Shown here: positions 51,101 to 61,562 of the stretch, piece after piece
Position numbering within the stretch: position 1 is the first letter of the stretch
Layout of the letters: every line of letters begins with the position of its first letter
Assembly: GCA_021513715.1 (NCBI GenBank)
Contig: CP084167.1
Location: 2,944,001 to 3,008,000, forward strand
Reading direction: 5' to 3'
DNA from: Candidatus Heimdallarchaeum endolithica
Lineage (GTDB): Archaea > Asgardarchaeota > Heimdallarchaeia > Heimdallarchaeales > Heimdallarchaeaceae
Length of the DNA: 64,000 bases
Made by a program: the position numbers and the translations under genes
The notes under the pieces: generated by a model
The model's database searches: none
What the model was told of the DNA's origin: nothing
Seen by the model: only the letters and a program-made list of their open reading frames with translations

Positions 51101-51427
51101 TCCATTAGCAACAATAGAAGTATAATTGTCTATTGTTCTGATAAAAGGAGAACCAAAAGCAGAAAAACCCTTCGGAATCCCTATATTGTTTTCTTCCTCC
51201 ATTTCACCATTTTCTACTTGATTAACAATCAGGGATTCTTCTGGTTGAAAAGGAGATCGGTGCACATGAAAATTCTCACTATTGGCCCTATCTATCAGTG
51301 TGCTACTATTATTTATATTCTGAAACCCATTTTTAAGTGTTGAAATAAGATTGATACTAAATACTACTTGAATTAATAGAATACTCAATATCAAATAAGT
51401 TACAGTTTTACATAATTTAGCTTTCAT
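48200..51427 (-). CDS. Large cell-surface protein (CBM-like jelly-roll repeats, Ig-like domains, C-terminal TM)
   Basis: Signal peptide; repeated NG.FE/ME...HSG..A..I units; Ig-like YWNTRNIGNGVYELKAIAYD; TM plus basic tail. Confidence 0.8.
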   Translation of the reverse strand: MKAKLCKTVTYLILSILLIQVVFSINLISTLKNGFQNINNSSTLIDRANSENFHVHRSPFQPEESLIVNQVENGEMEEENNIGIPKGFSAFGSPFIRTIDNYTSIVANGSYSGYIKSQATNIASASGNLRLSLDQSPYAYVSDMITVSFYYYIIDNYGSDNDFYFSIRFSNDRYLYYFLSYHGAYGSNNSNNGVFDINTTEFQTWKLFSRNVTEDYLAIFGSYTTEYIQHIYFRCYAAQYSYNPVEVVIDTVNITDSSDNDYMSNYNGNFENGDGSYWIDIDSDPSFVSLTDEHYSGNKAVNITAKFIQGLNSHATFRKYFGNPQGLYVYKENSLLIDFYWKIKFNLRSYDEYASFIIHFSNNTVSYYIEIVLGIGDKDFSLYSNYSSNSNYYYYIKDDGFGREDEWVHTSIDVYELYNTLNLRNITLENVDFYIGAYSQNTRVELLIDNLSIKSYAFIEPSFEQIWDPSRIFAAWETSASENCVNKTSFAHSGDWAINISSHSNYAVSTYISNMYFILKPGMISNFWYYLEKMQGDNVYVSISLLLDDTNSIHYVIANGSNINLSNQTDVVYFLLKDRNILNNWLNLKRNIYNDAISYYGVNNWNVTRITLNVDTTGTDVMTVIFDDLNLIEIGEPVIESVSLTNTPKYYQGANIVFDAYDELSDITELTLNYYNGSSWLSVIPTKVSEKGYEVNLPTLPTGTHVLFYINATDLFGNIQTDDNGGVYYSFTVIDDIEPSIELIRPYNNSLLTETVLLEANAEDEGSSIAFIEFYANLTLITNISSSPYETYWNTRNIGNGVYELKAIAYDSSGNYRSTSDKRIVTVENDFNPPLLSHIEINPSKPEYGEEVEVIVGVSEETSVKNCTLYYKFDDGNWQSTSMTSSGSLYYAYIPPVNWSTEVFYYVVAFDEFEQVSTMGFASDPYSYIATDTVLPNLVVDGPPTSTVLSGDNIKFNINGSDDGSGVAKLEVEINNTIWTANSIPQTYYLNTTSLDNGEYTIYFRLSDRANNTIEIQLVFQIHNPKGFFPKSWSAIDSVLNSYYGIAVGAATVILGIGINSIVKTIRSKKKGRTT

Positions 51428-51847
51428 AATATGTCCCTTCTATTTAAATAGTGTTCCAGTAAAATAATCTATATTGATATGTAGTATATAAACGTTATCG
51501 CAAAAATGTTTGATTGACTAAGCAAATCACATTTCTTCTCTAAAAAAATAGTAAAAATAAAAATTGGTGATAAAATCAATAATTTAATAGTTTAACAAAT
51601 AACTTTTAGTTGCAGTTCAGTAGACGAAAAACACCACCGATATTACATCCTCTTATTAGAGTTCTGATTAATTTTTTTCAGTCTCTCTTGGCAGTTTTTA
51701 CAAATTGTTCAAGATAAGACGATATAGAAAGAAGAATGAAAACAAATTATCTTGATTGTGAAACAGTATTCTGTTACAGTTACTGCAAAGTTTATTAATA
51801 AACAATAATTGTGGAAAATCGACTTAATTAAACTGGAAGACTTCATT

Positions 51848-54800
51848 ATGAAAAATAAAGTTTCAATTAATAAAAAAATAGTATTTCTATTAATAGTAGT
51901 TGTTCTAATTATTATTCCTTTGCAGAATAAAAATAATTACAACAACCAGTTAGATGAATTTGTTAGCTCAAATCAATTTCTTACAGATTCAGTAGATGAA
52001 AAAATGTTAATGAAAAAAGATGTAAATGAAGAAAATTTCAAGAATGAAATTAATGATACAGAGTTTATTAGTACAACTATAGAATTAGGGAGCTTTTATG
52101 ATGATACAATAAAATATAGCGAAACACAAAATTGGTATGACTTTTCTTTAACAAACGATGATTTAATTGTTCTTTATCTTGATTTTTACGGTTGGAATAT
52201 TGAATCATCGAAAGTTGAAACAAAAGTTATGTTGAAGATCTATTCAGAAAATTTTGAACTCCTGTCATTTAATGATTATTCATACTCCGCTAATCTTAAT
52301 CCACTTATACAATTAGAACTGAAAGCAGGAAAATATTATGTGTTAGTTGAAAAAGAAAAAGAAGAAAACTCTAGCTATAGTTATATGATCACAGTAAAAT
52401 CAAGCCTTGAACACGCACAAAATACAAAAATAGACAATGCACTCAATGTTAATATCGGAGAAGAAATTAAAGGAGATATATTAGTAAACAATCAATCTTG
52501 GTTTTCCTTTAATATTGATGAACCAAAGTATATCCTAGTGAACTTTACTTTGGAAAACGATTTACTATTATCATGGCTATATGATGATAATGGATTTTTA
52601 ATAGAAGTAGACGATGAAATGTTTTCCTCATTATTATCGCCAGGAACATATTATATTATGTTAGAAGGACTTGGAAATCACTATATTGTGAGTTATAGTT
52701 TGATAATATCAGAAATTGAAATTCAATCATTTGATACTATAAGTAACAAAGGAAGAACTTACTTTGGATCAAATTCAAAGATGAACTATCTAGCCTACCA
52801 GATTGAACTAAGTTCACCTTCATTTGTTAAATTGACAATTAGTAGTGATTACTCAACTGTCCTTATTTATAATAACTCTGTAAAATTGATTCAAGAAGTA
52901 GAAGATAACGAAGGAATAACACTTGATTCAGGAAACTACTTTTTAATAGCTGTAATTAAAGCTTATTACGATTTATGGTCTTCACCTCCCTGCTACTATT
53001 ATGTTCAAGTTACAGAAAAATCTGTAAAGGATAGTAACAAACTTTCTTTAAATGAAGAGCTTACAGATAGTTTTAGTGAAATTAATATCTTTAATGGTTA
53101 TGAGTTAAACATCAATACAAGTGGTTTCTATCATTTTGAAATTTCCAGTTCATTAGATGAATACATTTTCCTAGTTTATGACACTAATTTTACTAAAACA
53201 ATAGAGTTTGAATTTTACAAAGGTTATTCTAATACAGAAAATACAACATGGTTCTATTTAGAAAATGATGTCTACTATGTTATTGTAATGAATAACGATT
53301 ATTATGGTAACACTGGGTCATACAATATTATTTTATATTATGAAGAGACAACTCAAATTTCTGTCAGTGATACAATAGAGACACCTAATAAAGGAATAGT
53401 TCTTAATATTTTATCTCCTCAATTAATCAAGTTTGAGGCAACAAGCGATGAAAAAATAAGTTTAATCATGTCAAATGAGAGTCAAGTAATAGCTAACGTA
53501 GATCATAATTCTTACAAAGCAACAATAATACACTATGTGACGAAAGGTACATATTATTTCTCGATTATTTCGAGAACAGACAATAACTTAACAGTTTCTG
53601 TTACAACAGAAGAGTTTCAACAATTAAGTGAGAAAAATATCTTTGTTAAGCAAAACGAAAATTCGAGGTGGTATTACCAAAAAATAAGTGAAAAGTCTTA
53701 TTTTAAGTTTACCTCACCAAAGTATAACTTTGATGTTTACATTTATTCGCTTAATAGCTCACAAAGATTTTATTATAATCGTTATCAACTTGATTTTCTA
53801 ATACTTGAGTTAGAAGCAAGTGATTACCTCATAAAAATTGATTACTCAAATATTGATTATTCAGGAGAAATAGAATTTTATTTTGAAATTATCGATAGTT
53901 TAAGAAACGCAAAAATAAATGTGCCAACATCATTAACGAGTTACAATGAATGTTTCACTTTTGATGTTACTGAGATGGACTTTTATTATATCTACATTAA
54001 CAATTCAAACTTTAGAAATATGACTTTTAGCTACCGAATTAGCCAAAAAAACGGAAAAATACTTCATGGCTATTATTTTTCTCAATCAGGAATGATACAA
54101 AGCCTAATTTTATTATCACCAGGAGAATATGTACTCACGATCTCTCCCCCTTCAACATATGTTATTGAAAATATAACTTTTACAATTGCATCATCTCAAG
54201 ATATTACTGATTATGTCAAAATTGGAGATAATAAAAATACAATTCAATCAGGCAAATATTATTCTTCTTTACTTGAACCTAACGATGTAGATATTTACGT
54301 GCTTACAGTAACAGAAAATACGATCCTTGAGATGAGTTTTATCTATGGGGATTATTATTATATACAAGGAAATCGTTTTGGCCTGAATATTTATTTTGAT
54401 AACGGAGTACTACTCGATAAATATACAGACATTGTAGACGATACATGTGTTCTTTCTGCAGGAACCTACTATATTATGGTATATGTTTATAGCTATTATT
54501 ATGTAAGCGATATATCTCAATATGTTTTTTATTGTACATTAAACCCCATGAAATTAGAAGACTCAGAGGATTTTAATGTTAAAATATTTAATGAAGAAGA
54601 TGTAACTGTTGAGGAAACAATAACATATGACAATAGAACAGCTCTTTTCATTCTTGAATCAACAGAAGACGGCACATTATTCCTCCTTTTTGACAAAGAA
54701 ACAAATTTGTCGTTTCTAAACTATAAACTAGTAATTTATATAATAGATAATAACACCAAAATGACTAGGGCATATTATGAAGAGGATATAGACGAATATG

Positions 54801-55603
54801 GAAACAATAAAATAGAAATAGATAGAATAGAAAAAAGTAATATAATTATAATGAAATTTAAGTTTGAACCTTGTGATCACGACGCTTATTTATCATTTTT
54901 TGTTTCATATCATATTTATCAGTTTTTTGAAAGACCAGACTTGGCTAATGCAGAAAAGATAACTTTTGATCAACAATTGAATGTATCTATACGCGATGAA
55001 ATATGGTTTAAGTTCAATTTCGATAAAAAAACTAAAATTATTATTGATATTGAAGTAAATTCATTCATACTCAATCCTTTTTCATCATATTATTACCAGG
55101 ATGAAGCAGTTAATTCTTCATCATTATATGTCACCTTTTACTCGATCGATGAAGAAGGAGGAACAATATATTTAAGCCATAATGAAAGCGATGAAATAAC
55201 AAATGGACAAAAAATGATAGTAGAAGCAACTTTTAAAGCAGGTAACTATTGTTTAACTATTGATCCTGAAGATTTTATCTTTGATTTAAGTGTAGCCTTC
55301 CACCAAAGTGATGATGTACATATTATAAACAGTACTTCAGGTAAGGTGCAATTTATTATCTTCTCTCTCTTAATTGTAGAAGGTTTCATTTTTTACATAA
55401 CTGGAAATTTTGAATACACAGAAAGAGGAAATTTTGAAGAAAAAATTAGTTATGATGGAGGAAGAACATGGCATCATTCTCGATATTTGAATGAAGTGAA
55501 GAGAAGAAGTACTGCACTGCCCATGAAGGCAAGAATTGTTGCCTTAGTAATTGGAGCAACTGCTGTCAGTTTTATATCATATTTGTTATTATTCAAAAGA
55601 TAG
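51848..55603 (+). CDS. Large cell-surface protein with PPC-like beta-sandwich repeats
   Basis: Signal/TM; repeated W(Y/F).F...L..G.YY..V units; two C-terminal hydrophobic segments. Confidence 0.75.
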   Translation: MKNKVSINKKIVFLLIVVVLIIIPLQNKNNYNNQLDEFVSSNQFLTDSVDEKMLMKKDVNEENFKNEINDTEFISTTIELGSFYDDTIKYSETQNWYDFSLTNDDLIVLYLDFYGWNIESSKVETKVMLKIYSENFELLSFNDYSYSANLNPLIQLELKAGKYYVLVEKEKEENSSYSYMITVKSSLEHAQNTKIDNALNVNIGEEIKGDILVNNQSWFSFNIDEPKYILVNFTLENDLLLSWLYDDNGFLIEVDDEMFSSLLSPGTYYIMLEGLGNHYIVSYSLIISEIEIQSFDTISNKGRTYFGSNSKMNYLAYQIELSSPSFVKLTISSDYSTVLIYNNSVKLIQEVEDNEGITLDSGNYFLIAVIKAYYDLWSSPPCYYYVQVTEKSVKDSNKLSLNEELTDSFSEINIFNGYELNINTSGFYHFEISSSLDEYIFLVYDTNFTKTIEFEFYKGYSNTENTTWFYLENDVYYVIVMNNDYYGNTGSYNIILYYEETTQISVSDTIETPNKGIVLNILSPQLIKFEATSDEKISLIMSNESQVIANVDHNSYKATIIHYVTKGTYYFSIISRTDNNLTVSVTTEEFQQLSEKNIFVKQNENSRWYYQKISEKSYFKFTSPKYNFDVYIYSLNSSQRFYYNRYQLDFLILELEASDYLIKIDYSNIDYSGEIEFYFEIIDSLRNAKINVPTSLTSYNECFTFDVTEMDFYYIYINNSNFRNMTFSYRISQKNGKILHGYYFSQSGMIQSLILLSPGEYVLTISPPSTYVIENITFTIASSQDITDYVKIGDNKNTIQSGKYYSSLLEPNDVDIYVLTVTENTILEMSFIYGDYYYIQGNRFGLNIYFDNGVLLDKYTDIVDDTCVLSAGTYYIMVYVYSYYYVSDISQYVFYCTLNPMKLEDSEDFNVKIFNEEDVTVEETITYDNRTALFILESTEDGTLFLLFDKETNLSFLNYKLVIYIIDNNTKMTRAYYEEDIDEYGNNKIEIDRIEKSNIIIMKFKFEPCDHDAYLSFFVSYHIYQFFERPDLANAEKITFDQQLNVSIRDEIWFKFNFDKKTKIIIDIEVNSFILNPFSSYYYQDEAVNSSSLYVTFYSIDEEGGTIYLSHNESDEITNGQKMIVEATFKAGNYCLTIDPEDFIFDLSVAFHQSDDVHIINSTSGKVQFIIFSLLIVEGFIFYITGNFEYTERGNFEEKISYDGGRTWHHSRYLNEVKRRSTALPMKARIVALVIGATAVSFISYLLLFKR

Positions 55604-56026
55604 TTCAAATATTTATAATTCTTATTTTTTCTTTTTATTCTAAAGTAGATTAAAATAATTTCAATTTTAAATAGTATAAAACTCATCAAAAGCAAGAACA
55701 AGGATATTAAGATGAATGTTCGCAAAATAATTGATAATAGATTAACAGCAAGAATTCTTAATATATTGTCTCAAGGTTATCTTCTTGTATAGGGCACAAT
55801 CTAATAACATAGTATGTTCTTAACTTTTTTACTAAGTTTTAGTCCTTTTAGAGAAATAAGTGCTTTTAGCCATTAAAGTCAGATATTTGGGTTAAAGCCT
55901 ACTTTATACAACAATAATACCAAATCATCCAATTGTCTGCTATTTTTTGTTAAAACATATAAATAACCAATCTACTGCCAGTGGAAAAAATATTTAATAT
56001 CTTGTTATTAGATGTTTTGACGTTAA

Positions 56027-57574
56027 ATGACTGTCAATGAATATGTTGTAATGGAATTCTTTCTCGAGCAGATGTCTCAAAATAAAATTACTTTTTTGGC
56101 TGATCGCCCAAGGCAGAAAGAAATTATCCGTGAAAAAATACTTCACTTAACCAAGTGTGATAATCTTCACGATAAGATTTTGGCTGCAAAAAGCCTATGG
56201 AGAGTACTTTTTGAGAGTGCAATGAGTTTTATTGATGAAAATAAGAGAGGGTATGATGATCTTTTCTCTTACTTTGATGCTTTTGTTAATTTTGAGGAGT
56301 TGATTTTTGCTTCCGATTCTTTTTATAGAGATCATACTTTACATAGTCTTTGGGTTTATTTTCTTGGTGAATATCTATTTAGAGCACAGGAATTTCAACC
56401 TCTTTGGACGAATTTTAACTATCCATTCCGTGTTTTACTAAAAGCTAAAAAGATTCTTGAACATTTAGATTGTCCTGAGGTTTTTGAAACTTATTCAAAA
56501 ACTCTTGATGCTATTATTCCTTTTATTAATTTTGAAGATTCTATTCGCTGTATTGCTGCTCTAACGCATGATTTAGGTTATCCTCTAAAAAAGGTAGAAA
56601 AAATCAATAAATCTATAAGAACAGTACTTCCTTATTTTGCAGTATTTGACGTCGAAGAGTTTAATTTTAAATTTGATACAACACAGCAATTTTACATTTC
56701 TAAATTTTTAGAATTATTGGGTTATGAACTAATGATAACCCCAAAATCACCCAAAATATATGATGATGAACTATTGCAACCATTAAAACCATTTATTAAT
56801 AAACTTAATGAACTCCTTACAACAAGTCTTAAACAGGAAATAGCAGAAGAAGCAATTCAGTTTATGAAATCTGAATTAGCTAATCTTTCTCCCAGGCATA
56901 AGAGATTATTAAATCAAATTTATAGACTAAATGGAAGATTTGAAACAATAATCACACGCCTTCTTAGATTTTCTGATGATTTTGAAAAATTTAAACATGG
57001 TATTATGAGTTCATTTTTACTTGTTAAATTATTAAGCACCTTTGCAAATATAGATATCCGCTATTCAGATCCTGCAGATATTCCTATAATGACTATGAAT
57101 TTACCTTCTATTTTTGCAAAGTTAGAGATATTAAAAGCAGTAGCCAATCACACTAGTAGTTATCGTATTCAAAACTTTAACGACTTTTCATCCTTACTTA
57201 TACTAATCGATGAAATAGAAGAATTTTCAAGAATATCTCGTGCTAATCAATTTAGGCAATATGTAAACGAATTTTGTAGTTCATCAATTTTTTTCTCTGA
57301 TAACTGCCTTACAATTAATTTTATCTTTGATAATCCAAATATTCCAGATCTGAATCCAGAACTTGCATTTAAAGGTAAAGCGAATCGTTTTCTTGATCTG
57401 TTCGATATTTCAGAGTTTCAAGAAGATTTATCTGTCAAATTTATAGTAACTGATAAAATGAACACTCCAGGAAGAAATTATGAATTAATAATTGAAAAAA
57501 ATAATTTTGAGATTCTAATTGATAACGAGAAAAAAGAACCTTCCGCATACCTAAAAACCTATGAAATAGTTTAA
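56027..57574 (+). CDS. HD-superfamily metal-dependent phosphohydrolase-like protein
   Basis: RDHTLHS, ALTHDLGYP, KHGIMS, ANH, LILIDEIEE. Confidence 0.75.
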   Translation: MTVNEYVVMEFFLEQMSQNKITFLADRPRQKEIIREKILHLTKCDNLHDKILAAKSLWRVLFESAMSFIDENKRGYDDLFSYFDAFVNFEELIFASDSFYRDHTLHSLWVYFLGEYLFRAQEFQPLWTNFNYPFRVLLKAKKILEHLDCPEVFETYSKTLDAIIPFINFEDSIRCIAALTHDLGYPLKKVEKINKSIRTVLPYFAVFDVEEFNFKFDTTQQFYISKFLELLGYELMITPKSPKIYDDELLQPLKPFINKLNELLTTSLKQEIAEEAIQFMKSELANLSPRHKRLLNQIYRLNGRFETIITRLLRFSDDFEKFKHGIMSSFLLVKLLSTFANIDIRYSDPADIPIMTMNLPSIFAKLEILKAVANHTSSYRIQNFNDFSSLLILIDEIEEFSRISRANQFRQYVNEFCSSSIFFSDNCLTINFIFDNPNIPDLNPELAFKGKANRFLDLFDISEFQEDLSVKFIVTDKMNTPGRNYELIIEKNNFEILIDNEKKEPSAYLKTYEIV

Positions 57575-58116
57575 TAAAAAATCTAAAAAACAGAAGTTAT
57601 GTTAGTAGAATAAATTTTGCTAAATTCAAAGCTTTTCTGATTACAATAACACTTATCTTCTTTATTTTCTTACCTCTACTGTTAACTTTGATGCTCAACT
57701 CTTTATTACCTAAGAATAATCAATTAGCTCTTTTTAGTTCTAAAATCATATTTTGTTTATCGCTATCAAGGTGCCCTAACTTAAACGCTTTTTAAAATTT
57801 GCTTGTTAGGAGGAATAGAATAAATTTGTTTTCATCTCTTTGGATATCAATACCAGTTTTTATGTTAATGATTATTAGAAGCGTATATCACTTAAATTCT
57901 TTAGTGAAATTATTAATTATATTCCTTTTTTTAGAAAATTTAGTTTCAATATCTTCAATTTGAAAGATTGTTTCTATTTTTTCTTTTTATATACTCTTTT
58001 CTTGATATTTTTTAATTATTTGTAAAATCTGCCTATCTCTTCACTGTTACCTTTTAGAAATATTATTATCTCTTCATATCGAAAAATTTAAATCTATAGG
58101 TGTATCTTTTCATTCC

Positions 58117-59073
58117 ATGTCGGATAAAACTCTATTTAAAAAACAATTATTGTTTAAGTATTTACCAGTAGCAATTTTACTTATTGTTATTGGTATAATC
58201 GAACTTCTTTCTATTCTTTTAAATTTTAACCGCCCACAAGATGCTCCTGAGCTGACATGGTTTTTAATTATTATTTTGTTAATCGTAGGTATTACAGCAG
58301 GTTTTCTAGGCGGTATTATTGGTACTGGTGGTTGCAGTGTTATGCTTCCAATATTACACTTTTGGTTGGGTTTCCCTGCTCCACTTGCAGTTGGTACAAC
58401 ATTATTTGCTGTTATTTTTACTGCTATATCTGGTGGGTATGGACACTTAATCCGAAAAAATGTAGATAAAAGAGCATCCATTATCTTAGGATTATCGGGT
58501 GTTGCTGGTGTCGCTCTTGGTTCTTGGTTATTTACTATGCTGACTGGAGAAAACACAGTAAAATATTTGAGTTTGATTCTTGGTATTGTTTTTATATGGC
58601 CCGCAATTAGGATGACTTGGGAAGGAATAAGGGGCAAGATAATAGATAAAAAAGGTTCTACGGAAATAAAAACAGAGACTAAAGAACAAGTAATTAAAGG
58701 ATCAGTTATATGGTTAAGTGTGTTTGGTTTTATTATTGGAATAACTACTGGCTTAATTGGTCTTGGAGGTGGTTATGCTCTTGTTCCTGGATTTATATAT
58801 CTGTTTGGAGCACCTGTTTATATAACAATGGGTACTTCTTTGGCTATTATGATACCTTTAGCTTTAACTGGTGGGTTGATTAAATTATTCCAAGGATATG
58901 TTGTTCTTGACGCCGCTCTGCTTCTTGCAGCAGGAACAATTATTGGTGCTCAAATAGGTTCTGCTGTGATTAAAAAATTCAGACCTTATTACTTGAAGCT
59001 CATATTTGGTTTGTATTTTGTTTACGTTTCATTAAAGTTCATATTCGGCTTTTTTGGTTTGAGAATATGGTAA
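58117..59073 (+). CDS. Sulfite exporter TauE/SafE family membrane protein
   Basis: Duplicated GG.IG.GG...P.L / G.P...AVGT(S)L motifs. Confidence 0.9.
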   Translation: MSDKTLFKKQLLFKYLPVAILLIVIGIIELLSILLNFNRPQDAPELTWFLIIILLIVGITAGFLGGIIGTGGCSVMLPILHFWLGFPAPLAVGTTLFAVIFTAISGGYGHLIRKNVDKRASIILGLSGVAGVALGSWLFTMLTGENTVKYLSLILGIVFIWPAIRMTWEGIRGKIIDKKGSTEIKTETKEQVIKGSVIWLSVFGFIIGITTGLIGLGGGYALVPGFIYLFGAPVYITMGTSLAIMIPLALTGGLIKLFQGYVVLDAALLLAAGTIIGAQIGSAVIKKFRPYYLKLIFGLYFVYVSLKFIFGFFGLRIW

Positions 59074-59182
59074 AAATTAATCAAAATTTAAATATTCTTT
59101 TTTTTTCTTTTCATTAATAATAATTAAAATGATTAACAGTGTATTTTTAGTTGAAAAATTACTAAATATCTGATTATTTAAC

Positions 59183-59270
59183 GTTTTTAACGATTATAGA
59201 TTTATAGTTACGCTGAAGGTTCTTTTTCTCATTATCAATTAGAATCTCAAAATTTTTTTGTAATTATTAA
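59183..59270 (-). repeat. Decayed inverted copy of the 3' end of the HD gene (57485-57578)
   Basis: Reverse complement AATTTTGAGATTCTAATTGATAATGAGAAAAAGAACCTTC matches 57503-57543. Confidence 0.8.
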
Positions 59271-59324
59271 GTTGATGAAATAGTTTAATAGAAAAAGGAT
59301 TGAATATACTATAAAAATTGATTT

Positions 59325-60446
59325 TCACATTTTCTTTTGGCTGTCTATTAACATAAGTACACTTTGTTCTTTGGGTTTTTCATAGCCCCATTTGTTAATA
59401 AATTGCTTCCAACGAGAGTAGATCTTTAATTTATCTGCTTCTGATATTCGATATGAACTTGGTTTGTAATCTTTTGTTTTTTCTAAATATTTGTCAAACA
59501 TGGGTTTAGCATCGTTAAATCCTGGTAAAGATAAATCTTGATAAATCCCTTCTAATACTTTAATCGGATTCTTTACAAATTCTTCGTATCTAATTTCAAC
59601 ATAGTTCTCTTTAGGTATTAAATCTAAATCTTGGTAAAACTTGTTGTACATCTGCTCAAAGTTTGATAGAACGAACTCATCTAGGTCTTCTTCTCTTTCT
59701 TGTAGTTGAAGCAAACTGATAAGTTTCTCATGCATCCTTTTAGTTGAAAAGAAAACTTTGTACGGGTTTCTAATAATATGTATAAACTTTGCTTCTGGGA
59801 AAAGTTCAGTTAGTAGATCTACCCTTGCAGTATCTATAGGACTTTTCATTACTAGTCTTTTATCTTGTTTCTTAATTTCTAGTTTTTTGATCAAATAAAG
59901 AATACTTCTTTTTAGTTTTCTTTTTTCTTTTTTTGAGACATTCTTGAAAGTTACATACCTGTTATAATAGTCTTGGTTGGTTGGAAAATAAGCTCCTGTG
60001 TAAGGAGACATTGTACAAAGATTAGCTATTGCGAAATCATGTTCGCTTGGAGATTCAGCTTTAATTTTCATATTATCTTGAGGTCTTTTTTCTGGTAAGA
60101 ATAATGATAAAAGCCAATTAAAGAAACGGGAGAACCCTAGGAAATAGTAGGGAAAAACACTTTCTGTTAATGTTATGAATTCATGTTGAGGATCACTTAC
60201 TAACAATTCATGCAGAAATGTTGTTCCTGTTCTCCAATGACCTAATATAAAAATTGGTTGTTTCTTTATTTTGTGCTTTGATATTTTACGATCAAAAAGA
60301 ATTTTTTCGATAAGTATTAATGGACTGAAAATAAAAGTTAGAAAAGTTATTACTATTGCTCGTGAGATGTATTTCCAGGAGATTTTGAATTTATTTTCAA
60401 ATAGTAATTTCATCCATTTAGCAAAACTAGTTCCGACTACAAACAT
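59325..60446 (-). CDS. PAPS-dependent sulfotransferase (Sulfotransfer_3 / Stf3-like)
   Basis: PIFILGHWRTGTTFLH, RPQDNM, P.EHD, KSP, FIHIIRNPY, RYEE. Confidence 0.9.
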   Translation of the reverse strand: MFVVGTSFAKWMKLLFENKFKISWKYISRAIVITFLTFIFSPLILIEKILFDRKISKHKIKKQPIFILGHWRTGTTFLHELLVSDPQHEFITLTESVFPYYFLGFSRFFNWLLSLFLPEKRPQDNMKIKAESPSEHDFAIANLCTMSPYTGAYFPTNQDYYNRYVTFKNVSKKEKRKLKRSILYLIKKLEIKKQDKRLVMKSPIDTARVDLLTELFPEAKFIHIIRNPYKVFFSTKRMHEKLISLLQLQEREEDLDEFVLSNFEQMYNKFYQDLDLIPKENYVEIRYEEFVKNPIKVLEGIYQDLSLPGFNDAKPMFDKYLEKTKDYKPSSYRISEADKLKIYSRWKQFINKWGYEKPKEQSVLMLIDSQKKM

Positions 60447-60633
60447 ATGCTCTCTTCTCTATAGATCTTTTTTCTAATTACTAGAGAAATTGAAAATTCA
60501 TTACATTTTGCGTGAAACAAAGATGGGTATTTATAAAGCTCTGAGTGAAACAATTGTAGTTTGTCAATTAAATGTTAAATGAAAAATTAATTCAGAGTCA
60601 AAATTTTCTTATTTACTGTTAACCTTTTTTTCA

Positions 60634-61533
60634 TTAATCTACAAGTGTGAATTTGCAATTAATGTCTCCTTTTGCCCTACATTCTGTTTCCTTAACATTA
60701 ATTTTGGGGTTATTTAATGCTCCTTCTATAAAACCAGTAAAAAAATTGCACATGGGTTCTTCTGAAGTATATCCCCTACAAATTGGGCAAAGTTTCATGA
60801 TGAATTGGTTATTTTGTTCATCAAAATCTACCACAGAAATTTCAGATAGTAAGTTATAAATTTCTTTGGGGCTAATGACAAGTTTCTTTGAGTATCTTTT
60901 TTTAGCAAGTTTATAACCAAAATATTTTCCTATAGATTCTAAAACATTTTTCTTTATTTTTTCATCATATTTTGAGTATAACTCTCTAGCTAACTTTGCA
61001 GTTCGTTCTGGATATCCATCAAGTAAACCTTTTTCCAATTTAACAGATTCTAGTAGTATGGACAATGGAAGGTTAGGGTCGAAAATGTTGAAAAATTCAG
61101 GGTTTGTTTGATAAAGGTGATACAATTGGTCGTATAACTTCTGAGCTTTTAATTCAAATGTTTCAAAAATTGATTTTTCAATATAGGTAATATCTTGAGT
61201 CTGAAAGAAATAAGAGAAATCTTTTAAAAACTCTATTTCTATCTGTTTAACAAGAAATTGACCTAATTTTACATCATCTTTTTCAAAAGCATGAACAACA
61301 AAGATTAACCCATGTTTTGATGAATAAATAAGTGTTCCATCTTCTGTTTGTATAGCATAAAGGTTAGAATGTCCTAACTCTTTTAAGAATAGGTCTATCG
61401 CACTTGAAACTCCAGCAAAAAGGATTTCATCAATATCTTGTTTTTTGTCAATTGAAAATTTGAATACTGGTAATCCTGTTAAGTGAAAGATGTAAATAGC
61501 TTTAATCATGTACGATTTACTTTTTCTAGGCAT
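60634..61533 (-). CDS. Longin-like domain fused to V4R (Bet3/HNOX-like) domain
   Basis: N-terminus AIYIFHLTGLPVF...LFAGVSSAIDLFLKE...LIFVV; C-terminus CPIC...C.FFTGFIEG...ETECRAKGD..CKF. Confidence 0.75.
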   Translation of the reverse strand: MPRKSKSYMIKAIYIFHLTGLPVFKFSIDKKQDIDEILFAGVSSAIDLFLKELGHSNLYAIQTEDGTLIYSSKHGLIFVVHAFEKDDVKLGQFLVKQIEIEFLKDFSYFFQTQDITYIEKSIFETFELKAQKLYDQLYHLYQTNPEFFNIFDPNLPLSILLESVKLEKGLLDGYPERTAKLARELYSKYDEKIKKNVLESIGKYFGYKLAKKRYSKKLVISPKEIYNLLSEISVVDFDEQNNQFIMKLCPICRGYTSEEPMCNFFTGFIEGALNNPKINVKETECRAKGDINCKFTLVD

Positions 61534-61562
61534 CTTTTTTACTTTTTGGTTTTTTTGCTAAA

